A DNA stretch of 57,235 nucleotides, the filler included, from Bipalium vagum (taxonomy: Eukaryota), in NCBI GenBank assembly GCA_037834085.1. It is 3 parts of 3 records of this genome, joined end to end, with 100 filler letters (N's around TTAATTAATTAA, not from the genome) between each part and the next. Parts side by side here need not be neighbours in the genome. Positions count along the whole stretch, not along the records: positions 40,903 to 57,235 come from JBBMKC010115714.1; 2 more parts are not named here. One strand, given 5' to 3'. The notes under the pieces were generated by a model. That model was not told the origin of the DNA. It saw nothing but the letters and a program-made list of their open reading frames with translations, and did not search any database. How positions within the stretch are numbered: position 1 is the stretch's first letter; each line of letters begins with the position of its first letter. The position numbers were made by a program, and so were the translations under genes. Of this stretch, positions 54,501 through 57,235 are shown piece after piece.

Positions 54501-56266
54501 AATTGAATTTATCCAATTTGTTAATTTTGTAAATTATTAGATATTATCTTTTAGTTTTTTTTTCGTCGATATACGTATGAATTAAATACTTTAGAAGAAA
54601 ATACAGATTGGACTATAATTTTCGAAAAAAGGCTCGTTAATTCATAAAATCGATAATTTAATTATTACATTATAAATTACAAATATATCATGATTTGAGA
54701 CACATGGAAAAATACATTTAGATGATAACTTGGATTACAGGTGTTGATTATTTATTTAAAATATTAATCAATATCCTTTACTGCATCAGAAAATTATTAA
54801 TATTTCAAATTTTCCTTTATAATATATGTAATAATCATTTATCGCACTTGTCGAAATATTAAATAAATGATGTCAATTTTGAAATATTTAACAAATCGAT
54901 AAGTTCACATCAAATCGGTTTTGGACCACGAAAAACGATTTTCTTAATTTTTTCCAAAATCTAATTAAAATAATTAATGATTATTAAAGTTATACACAGA
55001 GGTCGCAATAGTTAAAAAATGATAGGCAAATAAGAATTTATAAATAATACATATTTAAAAAACTGATTTCTTTCACAAAAAATCAATATAAAATCGTGAA
55101 AAAATTCAATTAAACTTTGATCACTTATTATCTTTTCATTTATTTTTCACAAAACATTTCAGCTGTTCAAACGATTTCATACAAAGTATAAGTTGGAAAA
55201 ATCGTTCAGTAATCTAATCAATGCTTTAATAATTGATGGTATAATTATAAAGTAAATAAACTGAAAAAACCCTATACATAAATGGAGGAATTAATTGTTT
55301 AGTAAAGTAATTCTGAAAAAATACATTAAGGATGAGAAAAAATAAAATCTCCTAGAACGATCTCCTAAAAACTCATAAATTGCAAAAAATTTTAAAATAT
55401 AATAAAAGTTAATTTTCAAATTGATTAACCATTAAATCTATCTCATTGATTTAAAAAAATAAAGTTAAATAATTTCTTCAAGTTCACAAAGATTTTACAA
55501 AGTGACAAATAATTGGCAAATTTCTTATTGATTATTACACAAATCTAAGCGGTTTCTTTCAATTTTAATCTGGGGTGTGTCAAACCCGTGATCAGACCGA
55601 CATTTTTAGTGTTATATAGACCTGCAACCCGAGCAAAACGTTTGAACCCGTATGGGCTCAGTATTTTAAAATTAATGTAATATTCATATATTCATTTTTT
55701 AAACTATTAATTTTGAATTTTTTTATTTAATAGTTGTAAGTTAAGTAGTTATACTTGAGAAATAAAATGTATATTAAATATTCCAAAAAAAATTGTCTAA
55801 AAAATCAATTTATCAAAAGTTATTTTCAAATTCAAATATGAAAATTAAATTAATGACATTTTAATATTATTAATAAAATTTTTGACATGGAAGCTAAATC
55901 CAATTATAAATGAGAAACATATTTTAATTATTATTTTCTTCTGTAACAAACCAACTAAACCAATTTATTATTATTAATAAATTTTTTGACATGGAAGTTA
56001 AACAAAAGTCAGATGAAGAAGACGTAAGTCAATTAAGTCCGTTTTCACAATATAAAGATCTGTATTATGTCGAAATGGTAATGCTAAAGAAACAAGTAAG
56101 ATAAGTCAGAGAGCTTTCATTAATCAGCAGAAAACCGGTACCAGCCCTATTACTATACACCTGAAATTCAATCTAGTGAACAATAATTTTTTATTTTTTA
56201 AGTACACGCTTTTTAAAAAACATTTTTGAACACGCAAATTTTTTTTATACTGCTAATACTGCTATC

Positions 56267-56310
56267 TTGAAACATGTTTCGATCTCTTCTTTCAGATCTT
56301 CTTCAGTCAA
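56267..56310 (-). ncRNA. Minimal type I hammerhead ribozyme, Penelope-associated
   Basis: Minus strand UUGA-CUGAAGA-A-GAUCU(loop)AGAUC-GAAA-CAUG-UU-UCAA: core CUGANGA and GAAA, stem I UUGA/UCAA, 5-bp stem II, palindromic ACAUGU stem III. Confidence 0.75.
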
Positions 56311-56589
56311 TTTTCTTCTTCTTCGATGACTTTCTTCAAATGATATCACTATCATGATTTAAAAATATTATCTGCATTATTATTAGATAAAATTAAAAAA
56401 AACATTTTTTAATATTTAAAAATTTTTTTTAATTATTCTTTTTTTAATTTTAAAAATAATTATTATATATTAATATATAGATTATTAATTAATTATTATA
56501 TTATATTAATTAAGGAAAACATTAATCATCCATTGATTTCTGCTTTCTCCTTTTTGTTTTGAGTTTTGTAGCTTTATAAATAATTATGA

Positions 56590-57235
56590 GAAAAATTCCG
56601 AAAAAGACCATATGGTATCATTTGACGTGTGCAGTTTATTTACGAACCATTCCTAGAATACATGAATAATATCCATCCTAATATAAAGTTCACTATGGAA
56701 AAGGAAAGTGAGAATAAGTTACCAATTCCTAGACGTTTTAGTTACAAAGGAAGAGCAAAATAATAGTTTGAAAACATCAGTATATAGAAAAAAAAACAGA
56801 TACCGGCTTATACACAACAAATAACATCTATTGTGAGGAAAAGTATAAAAGCGGCCTAATGAAAGGATTAATACACCGAGCTTGGTCCTTAACATCAGAT
56901 TATAAACAGATTGATCTAGAGCTGAATGAATTAAAGAGTTTACAAAAAATGCGTATCTAAATTGAAAAATTGAAAAGACGATAGAAGATACCGTAAATAA
57001 ATTCATGAATAATAAAGAATGCAACGAGAAGAAAAACAAAGAGAAAAATGAATATAAGAAAATCATTAAAATTCCCTATTCAGAAGGATTCAAGGTGTTT
57101 AAAAGTAAAATATTACAGACAATAAATGAAGAAGGTCTAAAAGTAATATCTCTAACATCAAAAACGAAGAATTTTTAAAAAATCAAAACAGTGACTCCAA
57201 AACCAATGCAAGCTAATATCGTGTACAAATTCCAA
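56590..57235 (+). mobile_element. Penelope-like element RT/linker remnant, runs off the window
   Basis: MVSFDVCSLFTN, LPIPRRF/LDVLVTK..KTSVYRKKTDTGLY, KGLIHRAW, IKIPYSEG, ANIVYKF; deleted and frameshifted. Confidence 0.85.

Noticed and set aside
55860-56165. Duplicated ATTATTAATAAAATTTTTGACATGGAAG and a short ATG..gtaagt exon-like stretch
   Set aside because: Could not be extended into a consistent gene model; probably part of the Penelope end.

Overview
Eukaryotic, very AT-rich animal DNA with short introns (42-82 nt). The gene and transposon content suggests a planarian-type flatworm; this is inference only. The window is three assembly pieces joined by artificial N44-TTAATTAATTAA-N44 linkers (18478-18577, 40803-40902), with one ordinary gap (34629-34809). 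Host genes: a DDX6/Me31B helicase with an uninterrupted CDS; an outer-arm beta-type axonemal dynein heavy chain; a two-finger Myt1-type C2HC gene; a CDC50/TMEM30 gene; and the last three exons of an unknown minus-strand gene. The rest is decayed mobile DNA: Gypsy, many Tc1/mariner/pogo copies, Merlin, Penelope (one with a hammerhead ribozyme) and Polinton/Maverick capsid, ATPase and core-protein genes. The main oddity is the dynein. Its linker+motor part (about 3226 aa) is on the minus strand at 29667-19710, while N-terminal exons (about 190 aa) are on the plus strand at 39843-40515 and point away. The roughly 1050 aa between them are absent. This is a candidate split, trans-spliced or fissioned dynein gene. 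Transposon boundaries are approximate, and family calls come from recognised motifs, not database searches.
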